Below are positions 48,993 through 58,925 of a stretch of DNA of 64,000 nt, piece after piece. The position numbers and the translations under genes are program-made. The notes beneath the pieces were generated by a model. It had not been told where the DNA came from and did not search any database. It saw only the letters and a program-made list of their open reading frames with translations. The DNA lies in contig JAGSHN010000019.1 of assembly GCA_029855935.1 (NCBI GenBank), forward strand, positions 1-64,000. Reading direction: 5' to 3'. Each line of letters starts with the position of its first letter. Position 1 is the first letter of the stretch. This DNA is from Candidatus Thorarchaeota archaeon (GTDB lineage Archaea; Asgardarchaeota; Thorarchaeia; Thorarchaeales; Thorarchaeaceae).

Positions 48993-50084
48993 TCACACCA
49001 CCCCCAGCATCGGGAACACGTAGACCAGCGCGACCTGTACTATGAAGAGTGACAGGATGGCAAGCGGGACCATAACCCTCCAGGCGTAGCGCACAATCTG
49101 ATCGATACGCCATCGTGCGAATGCAGCCCGCATGTTCGACAGAATCACCACGACGACAGCGGACTTCAGCATGAAGACCAGCGGATAGTACACCCATCCG
49201 ACCCAGGTCGTCGCAGCCAGTGTTGCAAAGTCCACTGAGAACAGCCGGAGTGGGATGAACTCAAGCAGGTACGGTCCTCCGAGAAACAGCGTCGTCGCCA
49301 GTCCTGCGCTGTACACGAGAAGGATGTCCTCAGCGAGGTGAATCAGCGCGAGCTTCTTGCCACTGTACTCGACCTGCCAGCCATGAACAATCTCAGTCTC
49401 GGCGTGGCTCACGTCGAAGGGTATGCGCTCGAGCTCGGCCTCGCTTGTGATCAGGAATATGATGAAGGGTAGCATAAGCAGCCAGACGGTCGCAGGGCTT
49501 GACCGAACGAGGGTGTTCATTATGGTGCTGACGGACAGGCTACCCGCCAGAGTGGCAGGGATGATCAGGGCGATGATGAGCGGAATCTCAAAGCTGACCA
49601 ACAGCATACCCGTGCGTGCCGCCCCAGTCTGACCGAACGGGTTTGAGGAGAAGTATCCCGCGAGGATGATGAGTATTGCCACGAGGGTGCTGAGGAACAG
49701 TATCAGTATGAGGTCACCCTCAAAGCTCAGGATACCCTGAACGCCCGGCATGCTTGGGTTCACGTCCACCACTGGTAGGAACATGCAGAGGGTGAGGCTG
49801 AGAACCAGCATCACCACTGGGACTGCAGCGAATCCGCGTCCGTCGGCCTTCTCTGGCGTGAGGTCCTCCTTGCCCAGCAGCTTGAAGAAGTCCATCAGAG
49901 GCTGGAGGATTCCCCTCCATCCGGTGTGAAGCGGGCCTATTCGGTTCTGCATTCTCGCGTAGACCTTTCTGTCTACCCACTCCCAGAGGAGTGCCAGAGT
50001 TGTGATGAACAGGATTCCAGGAAAGACTAGGACCCAGAGTATCTGTAGGAGTATGTCCAGAGGCGTCGAGGCGAAGATCTGCAT
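48993..50084 (-). CDS. Hydrogenase NuoH-like membrane subunit
   Basis: RKVYARMQNRIGP, QPLMDFFKLLGKE, RIPFD..AETEIVHG. Confidence 0.95.
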   Translation of the reverse strand: MQIFASTPLDILLQILWVLVFPGILFITTLALLWEWVDRKVYARMQNRIGPLHTGWRGILQPLMDFFKLLGKEDLTPEKADGRGFAAVPVVMLVLSLTLCMFLPVVDVNPSMPGVQGILSFEGDLILILFLSTLVAILIILAGYFSSNPFGQTGAARTGMLLVSFEIPLIIALIIPATLAGSLSVSTIMNTLVRSSPATVWLLMLPFIIFLITSEAELERIPFDVSHAETEIVHGWQVEYSGKKLALIHLAEDILLVYSAGLATTLFLGGPYLLEFIPLRLFSVDFATLAATTWVGWVYYPLVFMLKSAVVVVILSNMRAAFARWRIDQIVRYAWRVMVPLAILSLFIVQVALVYVFPMLGVV

Positions 50085-50088
50085 CTCC

Positions 50089-51318
50089 TCACTCCTCCCT
50101 CCTCGGGTGCATCTTGTACCATTTGTTCGCCCGGACGCGCATCACATCCAGTGGGACCAGCTCCATCGTATCGTCCTCGGCATCGACTATGACGACCCTG
50201 TCGGTGCAGCTGTAGCACGGGTCGATGGCTGCAAGGATTATCGGGGCGTCCGCGAGATAGTTTCCTCTCAGTGTGTGCGCCATCGATACCCAGTTGGCGT
50301 GAGTCGGCGCCCGCACCTTGATTCTCTCGGGCTTGTCGGTGCCGTTGGTCACCAGATAGTGAATGAGCTCTCCCCGCGGTGCCTCGTGACGTGCGAGGAC
50401 CTCGTTTGGCTGAATCCGCGGACGGACGCGCTCACGGATAGGGCCGTCTGGCATGTTCTGGAGCAACCAGCGGCACATATCGATTGCCTGCAGTGTCTCG
50501 ACGACTCTGACGACCGAACGGCCCGCGACATCGCATCTGTCACTGAGGACCATCTCGAAGTCGCCAGTGTCCATCATAGGTATGTAGGCCTGTGTCGGGT
50601 CATTGAATCTGACGTCAACCGGGACATTGCTCCCCCGTGCCGTGGGACCAACGGCGCCTGTTCTCTTTGCAACATCAGTCTCCAGAATTCCCACACCCGC
50701 GACGCGATCCCAGAAGGTCTTCTCATAGATGACGACATCGCGATAGTACTTCATTCGTTCCTCTAGCCTGTCGAGACCCCTCAACAGCCTCGGTACGAGT
50801 TCGTCTGGGACGTTTCTCCGTACACCGCCAACGGTGTTCATATCATGGTGAACCCTGTTACCTGAGATGCTCTCGAGCATGTCCATCACGACCTCGCGGT
50901 CGCGCCACGTGTACATGAACGCCGTGTCAAAGCCCACCTCGTGGAACGCCACGCCGAGCCAGAGGATGTGAGAGTGAATCCTATCGAGCTCCCAGATCAG
51001 TGTCCTGATGTACTTGGCCCGCTCCGGGATCTCGACCTCGGCGGCGAACTCCACGGCCTGGGCGTAGTTCCCGTTGTGAGTGGCGGAACAGATGCCACAG
51101 ATGCGGGCCAACAGGTACAGGTTCTGGATGTGAGTGTTGGACTCTGCGAGCTTCTCCACGCCTCTGTGATTATAGCCGATGTTTACCTCAGCATCGACTA
51201 TGTACTCACCCTCTATTGTCAGCTTGAACATCCCGGGCTCCTTCAGTGCCGGATGCTGTGGGCCTATCGGGATGGACACACGCGGTGGGATGACGACTCT
51301 CTTCTCTGTGCTGGTCAC
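50089..51318 (-). CDS. Group 4 [NiFe]-hydrogenase large subunit (NuoD-like)
   Basis: GPQHP, HRGVEK, L1 RICGIC, L2 DPCYSC followed by a C-terminal extension. Confidence 0.95.
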   Translation of the reverse strand: MTSTEKRVVIPPRVSIPIGPQHPALKEPGMFKLTIEGEYIVDAEVNIGYNHRGVEKLAESNTHIQNLYLLARICGICSATHNGNYAQAVEFAAEVEIPERAKYIRTLIWELDRIHSHILWLGVAFHEVGFDTAFMYTWRDREVVMDMLESISGNRVHHDMNTVGGVRRNVPDELVPRLLRGLDRLEERMKYYRDVVIYEKTFWDRVAGVGILETDVAKRTGAVGPTARGSNVPVDVRFNDPTQAYIPMMDTGDFEMVLSDRCDVAGRSVVRVVETLQAIDMCRWLLQNMPDGPIRERVRPRIQPNEVLARHEAPRGELIHYLVTNGTDKPERIKVRAPTHANWVSMAHTLRGNYLADAPIILAAIDPCYSCTDRVVIVDAEDDTMELVPLDVMRVRANKWYKMHPRREE

Positions 51319-51319
51319 T

Positions 51320-51889
51320 CTACATCTCCTCCCTTGGCTTGGGTCCTGTTGTCTTCGAACGCTCCATCAGTCCACGCGGGTCGGACCAGTCCTTGCGCAG
51401 AGGATACTCGCCTCTTGGCCAGTTCTCAGGCAGTTCGCAGCGTCTCGGGTTCGGGTGGCCGACGGGGACTATTCCGAAGAGCTCCCGGATCTCGTTCTCC
51501 ACGAACTCCGCGCCCGGTACGAGGTCGGTGATCGACGGATACTCTGGCCTGTCACGTGGGACGTTGACCCTGATTGTGATGGCGACTCTCTGGCTGTTCA
51601 GGAAGAAGTGATAGTTTGCCTGCAGCTCCTCTCCCAGGTCCCTGCCTGAGAGTGTGCCGAACTGCCACATATCGTGTTCCCGCTGCATGTACTGGATGAA
51701 CTCTCTGAGCCTGTCCGGATGAACCCTCACGAAGACCCTCCTCGGCTGGACATGTACATAGCACTCGTCGACCACAAGGGCGTCGCCCATATCGGCAATG
51801 ATCCTGTCCAGTATCTCATACTCCGTCTTGTGGGTGTCGTCGCGTGGTGCTGGGCGCCTCTCGGTCGTCTCTGCCTCTACACTGCTCAT
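51320..51889 (-). CDS. Hydrogenase NuoC-like subunit
   Basis: SITDLVPGA..ENEIRELFGI..GHPN...YPLRKD. Confidence 0.93.
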   Translation of the reverse strand: MSSVEAETTERRPAPRDDTHKTEYEILDRIIADMGDALVVDECYVHVQPRRVFVRVHPDRLREFIQYMQREHDMWQFGTLSGRDLGEELQANYHFFLNSQRVAITIRVNVPRDRPEYPSITDLVPGAEFVENEIRELFGIVPVGHPNPRRCELPENWPRGEYPLRKDWSDPRGLMERSKTTGPKPREEM

Positions 51890-52416
51890 ATCTCAGCCAC
51901 CTCCGTCTCGATAGTGCCGCACTCTGGTGATGGTGGTGCGGGCTCCTCAAACTCGGGGGCCAGCTGTGCAGGCTCCACTCCCATCATGTCGGCCAGCACC
52001 CTCAGGAGCTGGTACGCACCGTAGGTGATTGCTGCTGGCTTAGGCGGACAGCCTGGGATGTAGGCCGTCACAGGGATTGCTTGGTCAACGCCACCGAGGA
52101 CATTGTATGCCCCTCTGAACACTCCCCCACTACAGGCACACGACCCGACCGCGACCACATACTTCGGTTCGGCCATCTGCTCGTAGATTCTCTGTAGTCG
52201 TGGCTTGATCTGCTCTGTGACGGGTCCGGTGCACAGCATTATGTCAGCGTGACGCGGGCTTCCGACGAGCTTGACACCAAACCGCTCAAGGTCGAGTCGC
52301 GGCATCAGGGCGGCAATTATCTCGATGTCACAGCCGTTGCAGCTCCCACTATTGAAGTGGAACACCCACGGCGACTTCACCTTCGCCTTGTTGAAGAGTC
52401 TCTTCAGGAATCCCAT
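51886..52416 (-). CDS. Hydrogenase small subunit (NuoB-like)
   Basis: GSCNGCDIE, SPRHAD, GSCACSGG, IPGCPP. Confidence 0.95.
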   Translation of the reverse strand: MGFLKRLFNKAKVKSPWVFHFNSGSCNGCDIEIIAALMPRLDLERFGVKLVGSPRHADIMLCTGPVTEQIKPRLQRIYEQMAEPKYVVAVGSCACSGGVFRGAYNVLGGVDQAIPVTAYIPGCPPKPAAITYGAYQLLRVLADMMGVEPAQLAPEFEEPAPPSPECGTIETEVAEI

Positions 52417-52437
52417 GTGTGATGCCCTCCTTGTTGT

Positions 52438-52776
52438 TCACTCATTCTCCGGTGTATGAGACACGTAGGCTGCAGCCACAAGCGTGATGATCAGGTACAC
52501 AATGACAACCAGTCCGGGGTTCGACCATGAGAGAAAGAGAACGAAGCCGATGATATCGAACAGCATAAAGTACAGGGCGTAGTTGAAGAAGTGCAGATGG
52601 AACTGCACCTTTCCACCCAAGAACGCGGGCTCTCCACAGGCGTAGGCCTCAACGGCAGCGCCTGTCCTCCGGGAGGGTGGTGCATATGCCCTCCCCATCA
52701 GGAGGAGCATCCCCGCAAAGATGAGGCTCAGTGCAACGACCAGTATGAGTCCCAGTACCAGCTCCATGCCTACCAC
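52438..52776 (-). CDS. NuoA-like 3-TM subunit
   Basis: EAYACGE, FFNYALYFMLFD. Confidence 0.85.
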   Translation of the reverse strand: MVGMELVLGLILVVALSLIFAGMLLLMGRAYAPPSRRTGAAVEAYACGEPAFLGGKVQFHLHFFNYALYFMLFDIIGFVLFLSWSNPGLVVIVYLIITLVAAAYVSHTPENE

Positions 52777-52962
52777 TGTCCTGCGTGATACGGGCCGCGC
52801 GCATCAGGTCGTACTAATATGCTTGGTGGTCGAGGCGGCAGACCTGAGCCCAGTGTCAAGTCCTGCCGTACGGTCACAGCGTCTTCCGAACGGGCTCGAC
52901 GCAGACAATGATATCTCTCTCCACGTAGAACACAGTACCCCTTGCTGGCGATGTCCCTCCCC

Positions 52963-53502
52963 CTATGGAGGCTGTTCTGCATCTCCACTCTCTAGATGCC
53001 TGCGGTAGATCTTGGCCAGCTCAATGTAGGACTTGGCCCCGACGGCAAAGGCGTTCTTTAGGGTCTCGGAGACCTCCTTGACGACCTTTCCAGGGATGCC
53101 CAACACCAGCGAGTTTGGCGGTATCACCGTGTTCTCGGTCACCACTGCTCCCGCACCGACGACACTATCATCACCGACCTTGGCCCCTGTGAGAACAATG
53201 GCGCCAATGCCCACAACACATCTGTCGCCAATCTCACACGCGTGGATGACCGCATTGTGCCCAGCGGTGACATAGTCGCCGATGTAGGCGCCATTGCCGA
53301 AGGTGGTGTGCACGGTCACATTGTCCTGTATCGAGGTGCCCTTTCCCACCCGGATCTCGTTCATATCACCGCGCAGGACGGCAAACTCCCAGATGGAGGT
53401 GTCTTCGTCGACCTCGACATCGCCAATCAGTGACGCTCTGGGCGACACGTACGCCCGTGGATGGACTCTTGGAAACTTGTCCTCGAAGCGGTACAGTCCC
53501 AA
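52963..53502 (-). CDS. Gamma-carbonic anhydrase family protein
   Basis: Hexapeptide repeats; LRGD, IQDNVTVH, GHNAVIHAC. Confidence 0.93.
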   Translation of the reverse strand: MGLYRFEDKFPRVHPRAYVSPRASLIGDVEVDEDTSIWEFAVLRGDMNEIRVGKGTSIQDNVTVHTTFGNGAYIGDYVTAGHNAVIHACEIGDRCVVGIGAIVLTGAKVGDDSVVGAGAVVTENTVIPPNSLVLGIPGKVVKEVSETLKNAFAVGAKSYIELAKIYRRHLESGDAEQPP

Positions 53503-53589
53503 CTCTCAGCACCAATCAGTTCACAGCCCAACGGTTCCTTAAGCTTATGTATTGCACCACTTCCATGTGAGGGTCGGAGTGATCTCACA

Positions 53590-54207
53590 TTGCCGTGGAC
53601 CCCGATGCACTATCCACTGGCCTACGTGCTCAGACGTGTTGACAAGCGTCTATCGCTCCCTGCGCTCACTGTCGGAGCTGTGCTGCCTGACGTCGAGGTG
53701 CCCATTCTGATTCTCTTCTTTCCGACCCTCCCCGACCATCTTGTACTGCATAGTCTGCTGGGCGCCCTGACAATCGGTGTGGCAATGGGAGTCCTCGTCA
53801 CCCGTCTGTTCTATGCGCCACTGATGGGGCGGCTCTTCGCCCTAGACAGACAGCGTCTAGACCGCGAGTGTAGGCTGTCGCCAATGCTCGTCGTTTCGAC
53901 GGTATTGGGCCTGCTCAGTCATCTCGGAATTGACTATCTGATGCATCCGTTCAACCCGCTCCTCTGGCCGCTGGTCGATCCCTATTCGTTGCCGGGCCCC
54001 CTTGTTGTCCTCCTCGCAGCAGACGGTGATCTCTCAATCGGCTTCTTCAATGCTGCGCTTGTGACCAACAGCCTGATGGTAATTGCGTGGCTGACCATAT
54101 TGTTCGTGGAACGTGGTCCCAGGCTGTGGACTCATCTCTGGGTGGCACCACAGTCGGGCTATAGCAAGCCGCTCTCCGTGGTCACAGATGCTGAAGCCAC
54201 AGTGTGA
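53590..54207 (+). CDS. DUF4184-like membrane-bound metal-dependent hydrolase
   Basis: (M)PWTPMH, GAVLPD, HS, SHLGID...H; TTG start 53590. Confidence 0.8.
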   Translation: MPWTPMHYPLAYVLRRVDKRLSLPALTVGAVLPDVEVPILILFFPTLPDHLVLHSLLGALTIGVAMGVLVTRLFYAPLMGRLFALDRQRLDRECRLSPMLVVSTVLGLLSHLGIDYLMHPFNPLLWPLVDPYSLPGPLVVLLAADGDLSIGFFNAALVTNSLMVIAWLTILFVERGPRLWTHLWVAPQSGYSKPLSVVTDAEATV

Positions 54208-54239
54208 GCGAGTTCTCGGGTTGCATGCGAGGGAGTCGT

Positions 54240-54800
54240 CTACGAGGCCTGTGTCAAGGCTCTCTCTCCAGCCTTCATTCCCAGCTCCAGAGCCTTGAGA
54301 TTAGTCTCGGCGAAACGCGGCCATCGTTGAACTATCCGGTCCTTGAGTCCCTCAATTGAGACGGCCTTGGTGATGACAGAGAAGGCACCGAGCATCACCA
54401 CGTTGGTCGCCTGCTTTGTGCCGACCTCCTTGTCTGCAATCCTTGTTGCGGGTATCTTGTACACCCTGACCCCCCTCGGTAGGTCCCCCTCAATCTCCAC
54501 GAGGTCCTCATCCACTATCAGGACGCCGTTCTCCTTCAGACCATCCTTGTACGACAGGTAGGCTGCCCTGCTCATCGCGATGAACACGTCGGGCTCCTGT
54601 ACCTTTGGATAGTCGATCTCCTCCTCATCGTCCATCACAACCTCGCCCTTGCTCGCACCGCCTCTGGCCTCTGGACCGTAGGACTGTGTCTGCACAACGA
54701 ACTTTCCGTCGTAGAGAGCTGCGGTCTCTCCCAGTATTACTGCCATCGTCACTATGCCCTGTCCGCCAAAGCCAGCTATCCTGATCTCATATCGGGTCAT
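54240..54800 (-). CDS. korC: 2-oxoacid:ferredoxin oxidoreductase gamma subunit
   Basis: AGFGGQG, QSYGPEARGG, NVVMLGA. Confidence 0.93.
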   Translation of the reverse strand: MTRYEIRIAGFGGQGIVTMAVILGETAALYDGKFVVQTQSYGPEARGGASKGEVVMDDEEEIDYPKVQEPDVFIAMSRAAYLSYKDGLKENGVLIVDEDLVEIEGDLPRGVRVYKIPATRIADKEVGTKQATNVVMLGAFSVITKAVSIEGLKDRIVQRWPRFAETNLKALELGMKAGERALTQAS

Positions 54801-55648
54801 CGGGCCTCACTCCTTGCCTTCTCTTGGGCCTTCTTCAGGACCTCCGTGTACTCGGGCTTGTCGATATCTACAAACTCCCCACAGACAATCCTTGAGTCGT
54901 ATTCGAGCTCGGCCTCGTGTGGCGGAAGTCCGTTCTGGATGTCTGCGACCTTGAGGAGGTGTCTATGCATCTCCACGCCATCACCCAGTCTGTTGCTCCT
55001 TCCGTACGATGTGGGACAGGCACCTACTATCTCAACAAATGAGAAGCCCCTCTTCGCAATGGCCTTCTCAATCGACTTGGTCGCTCTTCTCACTTGGACT
55101 GCCGTCCAGCGTGCCACAAAGGTGGCCCCCGATGAGGCCGCGAGTTTGACGAGGTTGAATGGCCATTCGATGTTTCCAATCGGCCGTGGACTGGTCTGTG
55201 TGTATCTCTCGTGTTCGGTGGTCGGACCGAACTGACCACCAGTCATCCCATAGTTGAAGTTGTTGAGGCACACGACCGTGATGTCGATGTTGCGTCTGCA
55301 GGCATGAATCAGATGATTACCACCGATTGCAGCAATGTCGCCGTCACCTGAGACCACTATCACCTCAAGCTCTGGATTGGCTATCTTGACGCCCTCCGCA
55401 AATGCGATTGGGCGGCCGTGCGTTGTGTGGAACGTCCCGGTCTTGAAGTATCCCGAGACGCGTCCCGTGCAACCTATGCCTGAGACTATCACGACCTTGT
55501 TGAAGTCTATTCCGAGATTCTCTATGGCCCGGGCGACCATACCGGTCACTATTCCGATCGAGCAGCCGGGACAGTAGATCCATGGCAGCCTGTCGGTACG
55601 CATGTACTTGGCCAGCGGATGTACGAGAGTGTCAGACTCTGTAGTCAC
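54797..55648 (-). CDS. korB: 2-oxoacid:ferredoxin oxidoreductase beta subunit
   Basis: YCPGC, SGIGC, HGR, GDGD...GGNH, YGMTGGQ. Confidence 0.95.
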   Translation of the reverse strand: MTTESDTLVHPLAKYMRTDRLPWIYCPGCSIGIVTGMVARAIENLGIDFNKVVIVSGIGCTGRVSGYFKTGTFHTTHGRPIAFAEGVKIANPELEVIVVSGDGDIAAIGGNHLIHACRRNIDITVVCLNNFNYGMTGGQFGPTTEHERYTQTSPRPIGNIEWPFNLVKLAASSGATFVARWTAVQVRRATKSIEKAIAKRGFSFVEIVGACPTSYGRSNRLGDGVEMHRHLLKVADIQNGLPPHEAELEYDSRIVCGEFVDIDKPEYTEVLKKAQEKARSEAR

Positions 55649-56781
55649 TGTGTAACGACCTCCCTTATCTTCTGCAGTATCTCCTGTGGCAGCTGTGGGG
55701 TCCCCACGGGCTTCCTCATCATATGCACGGGGGTAGTCCCTGCGCTTGCTCGTACCATATGATAGAGCTGGCCCATGTTCTGCTCAGCCACAACTATATG
55801 ACGCACCTCGCTTGCAAGGTCCATTATGGCCCGCTCTGGGAACGGCCATATGGTCTTGAGCCTGAGCAGTCCTGCCTTGAGCCCCTGCCTACGCGCCTCA
55901 CGAATGGCCCTCTTTGCGCTGCGTGATGGAGTACCGTATGCTATGATTGCGACATCAGCGTCGTCGAGTTGGAATCTCTCCATCTCCACGATCTTGTCGA
56001 CATTCCTGAGTATCTTCTCGTTGAGCCTAGTGATCAGCTCCATCTGAACGTCGTCCTTGTCCGACGGATAGCCTCTCCAGTCGTGAGTGAGACCTGTGGC
56101 GTAGAACTGATACCCCGACCCGAAGGTCGCCATTGGTGGGACGAGGTCTTCGTCTGGCTTGAAGGGAAGGTACTCCTCCGGTGGCACTGTGGGCCGTTTG
56201 CGATCTACAATCTCAAGGTCCTTCTCATCCGGGATGACGAGTTTCTCTCGCATATGACCAACGGTCTCGTCCGCGAGGACAAAGACTGGCACCCGGTATT
56301 GTTCAGCAAGATTGAACGCCCTGACTGTCTGGTCGAACATCTCCTGCACAGATGCGGGCGTGAGAGCAATGATCTGGTAGTCTCCGTGGCTCCCCCACTT
56401 GGCCTGCATCACATCGCCCTGCTGCCCTCTCGTCGGCTGTCCAGTGCTCGGACCGCCTCTCATTATATTGACGAGGACGAGTGGTGTCTCGGTCATCACA
56501 GCAAGCCCGATGGCCTCCATCATCAGGCTGACACCCGGTCCTGAAGTGGCAGTCATCGCCTTTGTTCCTGCCCAAGACGCACCAATCACACTGGTTATCG
56601 ACGCAATCTCATCTTCATACTGGACATAGGCGCCACCGACCTGTGGCATCCGGATTGCCATCCACTCCGCAATCTCCGTTGCTGGCGTGATGGGATATCC
56701 TCCGAAGTACCTACAGCCAGCACTCAGCGCGCCCTCCGCACAGGCGACATCGCCCATTGTGAACATCACCCGCTCTGGCAA
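55645..56781 (-). CDS. korA: 2-oxoacid:ferredoxin oxidoreductase alpha subunit
   Basis: GYPITPATE, EDEI, TATSGPG, RGGPSTG. Confidence 0.95.
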   Translation of the reverse strand: MPERVMFTMGDVACAEGALSAGCRYFGGYPITPATEIAEWMAIRMPQVGGAYVQYEDEIASITSVIGASWAGTKAMTATSGPGVSLMMEAIGLAVMTETPLVLVNIMRGGPSTGQPTRGQQGDVMQAKWGSHGDYQIIALTPASVQEMFDQTVRAFNLAEQYRVPVFVLADETVGHMREKLVIPDEKDLEIVDRKRPTVPPEEYLPFKPDEDLVPPMATFGSGYQFYATGLTHDWRGYPSDKDDVQMELITRLNEKILRNVDKIVEMERFQLDDADVAIIAYGTPSRSAKRAIREARRQGLKAGLLRLKTIWPFPERAIMDLASEVRHIVVAEQNMGQLYHMVRASAGTTPVHMMRKPVGTPQLPQEILQKIREVVTQ

Positions 56782-57141
56782 CTACTCGTCCTCCTCCTTC
56801 TCTCTCTTTGCACGCTCCTGCTCGAACTCCGGGATCAGTGTCCCCTCCTGAAGCGTTCCCTTCTCGTATGCCTCTCGTGCCTTCTCTCTCTCTGTCAAGA
56901 AGATCGCCATATCCGGGCATATTCTCTCACAGAACTCGCAGTTCACACACGCATCAATGTCGCACGCCGTGACGGGATGGTACCCCTTCCGGTTGTACTT
57001 GCTCATATCGAGACACAGCACATTCTTCGGGCAGAACTCAACGCAGAGGCCGCACTGCTTGCACTGCTCTTGGAGAATGACCAGAACCTTCTCTCTCTTT
57101 CTGGCCGGTCTTGGTACTATTGGTCTGCGGACGGTTGACAT
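56782..57141 (-). CDS. korD: 2-oxoacid:ferredoxin oxidoreductase delta (ferredoxin) subunit
   Basis: CKQCGLCVEFCP...NRKGYHP...CVNCEFCERICPD. Confidence 0.92.
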   Translation of the reverse strand: MSTVRRPIVPRPARKREKVLVILQEQCKQCGLCVEFCPKNVLCLDMSKYNRKGYHPVTACDIDACVNCEFCERICPDMAIFLTEREKAREAYEKGTLQEGTLIPEFEQERAKREKEEDE

Positions 57142-57348
57142 CGCTGACTACTCCTTGCCCAACGCGTCATCGGCGGTGATGCGGAGCGTTGACCGATGGT
57201 CTTCTCCATCGGCGACCCTCGCAGAATCCCACCGCTATAAGAGCATTACCTTGTTGGCCTGTCCTCTTCCTGTTGGAAACAGCCACAGTTAAGTTCACGT
57301 ATTGTATCACCTGCACGCACAGACAGAGAACGAGGTGGACTGTGCGTC

Positions 57349-57822
57349 TTGCCCGACGAAGAGATTGACGAGAAAGAGCTCGCAAAGGCGCTTAAGGGCA
57401 AGACGCTACAGGTATACTGGTATATGCTACGTCATCCCGAGCCGCTGACCGCCAGAGAGATTCAGCGTGGCACACGCCTGTCTAGTCCCTCCTTGTCAAT
57501 GCATCATCTAGAACGTCTGCGTGCGCTCGGACTTGTGGACAAGAACGTCCACGGGGAGTATACGGTCAGGCGTGATGTGCGTGTTGGAGTGCTGAAGCTC
57601 TTTGTTGGTCGTGGTCGTCTGATGGTCCCCCGCTTTCTCTTCTATGCCACCTTCTTCTCATCGATAACCGCCGCACTGCTCACTGTCATCATACTCACGT
57701 GGAGCATCGCCGAGTGGGTCGCTGCCACCTTTGTGGCGCTGGAGATCCTGACGTGCCTCATACTGTGGACCGAGGCATTTCGCATATGGAGAGAACAACC
57801 TTTTCCGGAGGGTGAGGATTGA
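57349..57822 (+). CDS. Membrane-anchored winged-HTH regulator
   Basis: AREIQR..LSSPSLSMHHLERL..GLV..GEY plus two C-terminal TM helices. Confidence 0.85.
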   Translation: MPDEEIDEKELAKALKGKTLQVYWYMLRHPEPLTAREIQRGTRLSSPSLSMHHLERLRALGLVDKNVHGEYTVRRDVRVGVLKLFVGRGRLMVPRFLFYATFFSSITAALLTVIILTWSIAEWVAATFVALEILTCLILWTEAFRIWREQPFPEGED

Positions 57823-58844
57823 GTACTACGGTTAGAACTATCTGTCTTCTGACACACCGTTATGGTGTGAACATAAGACAGGGCATATTCCGTCTGAGGC
57901 GCAGCAGACGCATTGCACCGCTTATGGTGCTGATGCTGTCCATCGCACTGGCCAGTGCACTTGCCGTCCCGCTGGCCACAGAGACCACGACGGTGTCTTC
58001 TACAGCTCCGGTGAGAGAGGTGATGGGGGCTGCTGGCACCCCGAATGTCACACTCACCTATAACTCTCTGTGGAATCAGACAGAGTCGCCAGTCCACTCT
58101 GGTGATCGCATCGAGGGTGACCATATTGTCCTATTTGCTCGCTGGAGCCCTGCTTCTTCTGTCAACTCCTCAACGATTGAGGTCAATGCGACAGTCGTTC
58201 CAACGGTGATATGCGCGACGAACGACTCTGCGGTCGTGTCCGTAGACACGCGGGCGCTGGGAAACAACTTCACCTGCACGATCAATATGACCGCTCATTT
58301 GGCGAATGGGTCCGTCGTATACCAGCTTGTGGAGGACGTCTTCCTTGGGAACTTCTTCACCCCGCACGTGACAGTGGTCACTCCCAACGGTGGTGAGGTA
58401 TGGACCGGTGTCAACAACATCACGTGGGTCGCGTGGGACAACAACACCGAGGAGACACTGACCTTCGAGGTGCTGCTCTCATCTGATGGCGGCAAGACCT
58501 TCGAGTTGATAGCAAGCAAGATAACGGTCACTTGGTACGAATGGAACTGCACTCCCTTCTATCATCTCGACACCTATATGGTCAAGGTGCGAGTGACCGA
58601 CGGGATCTACTGGTCAGAGGACACATCTGATGGCCTCTTTTCGGCAGGTGAGGTGCCTGTTCCGACAACAACCACCACTACCACCACTACCACCACGACA
58701 ACCAGTACAACGCCCACGACGAGTACTACCACAACAACCACTGCGCCAATTACTGAGCCTGCCATCATGTTCCTCGCTGCCGTGATGATCGTCGCCTCAG
58801 TCTTTGCTGTGGCCGCATACTACTCCGCCCGCCAGTGGATGTGA
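57819..58844 (+). CDS. Cell-surface glycoprotein (Ig/FN3-like domain, Thr-rich linker, C-terminal TM)
   Basis: Signal-like segment, many NxS/T sequons, PNGGE..NITW, poly-Thr, TM anchor; overlaps the upstream stop. Confidence 0.85.
   Translation: MSTTVRTICLLTHRYGVNIRQGIFRLRRSRRIAPLMVLMLSIALASALAVPLATETTTVSSTAPVREVMGAAGTPNVTLTYNSLWNQTESPVHSGDRIEGDHIVLFARWSPASSVNSSTIEVNATVVPTVICATNDSAVVSVDTRALGNNFTCTINMTAHLANGSVVYQLVEDVFLGNFFTPHVTVVTPNGGEVWTGVNNITWVAWDNNTEETLTFEVLLSSDGGKTFELIASKITVTWYEWNCTPFYHLDTYMVKVRVTDGIYWSEDTSDGLFSAGEVPVPTTTTTTTTTTTTTSTTPTTSTTTTTTAPITEPAIMFLAAVMIVASVFAVAAYYSARQWM
58665..58742 (+). repeat. ACN codon repeat encoding a Thr-rich linker
   Basis: acaacaaccaccactaccaccactacc... 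Confidence 0.8.
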
Positions 58845-58925
58845 CACTCTGACAGGCTGACAGATGGTCATCCACGTGGACGAAGATGCTACACAAGGCA
58901 ACACTAGGTCATAGGCGATGGCATC

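Noticed and set aside
58665-58742. ACC/ACT repeats as a CRISPR array or microsatellite element
   Set aside because: In-frame Thr linker of a surface protein; no repeat-spacer structure
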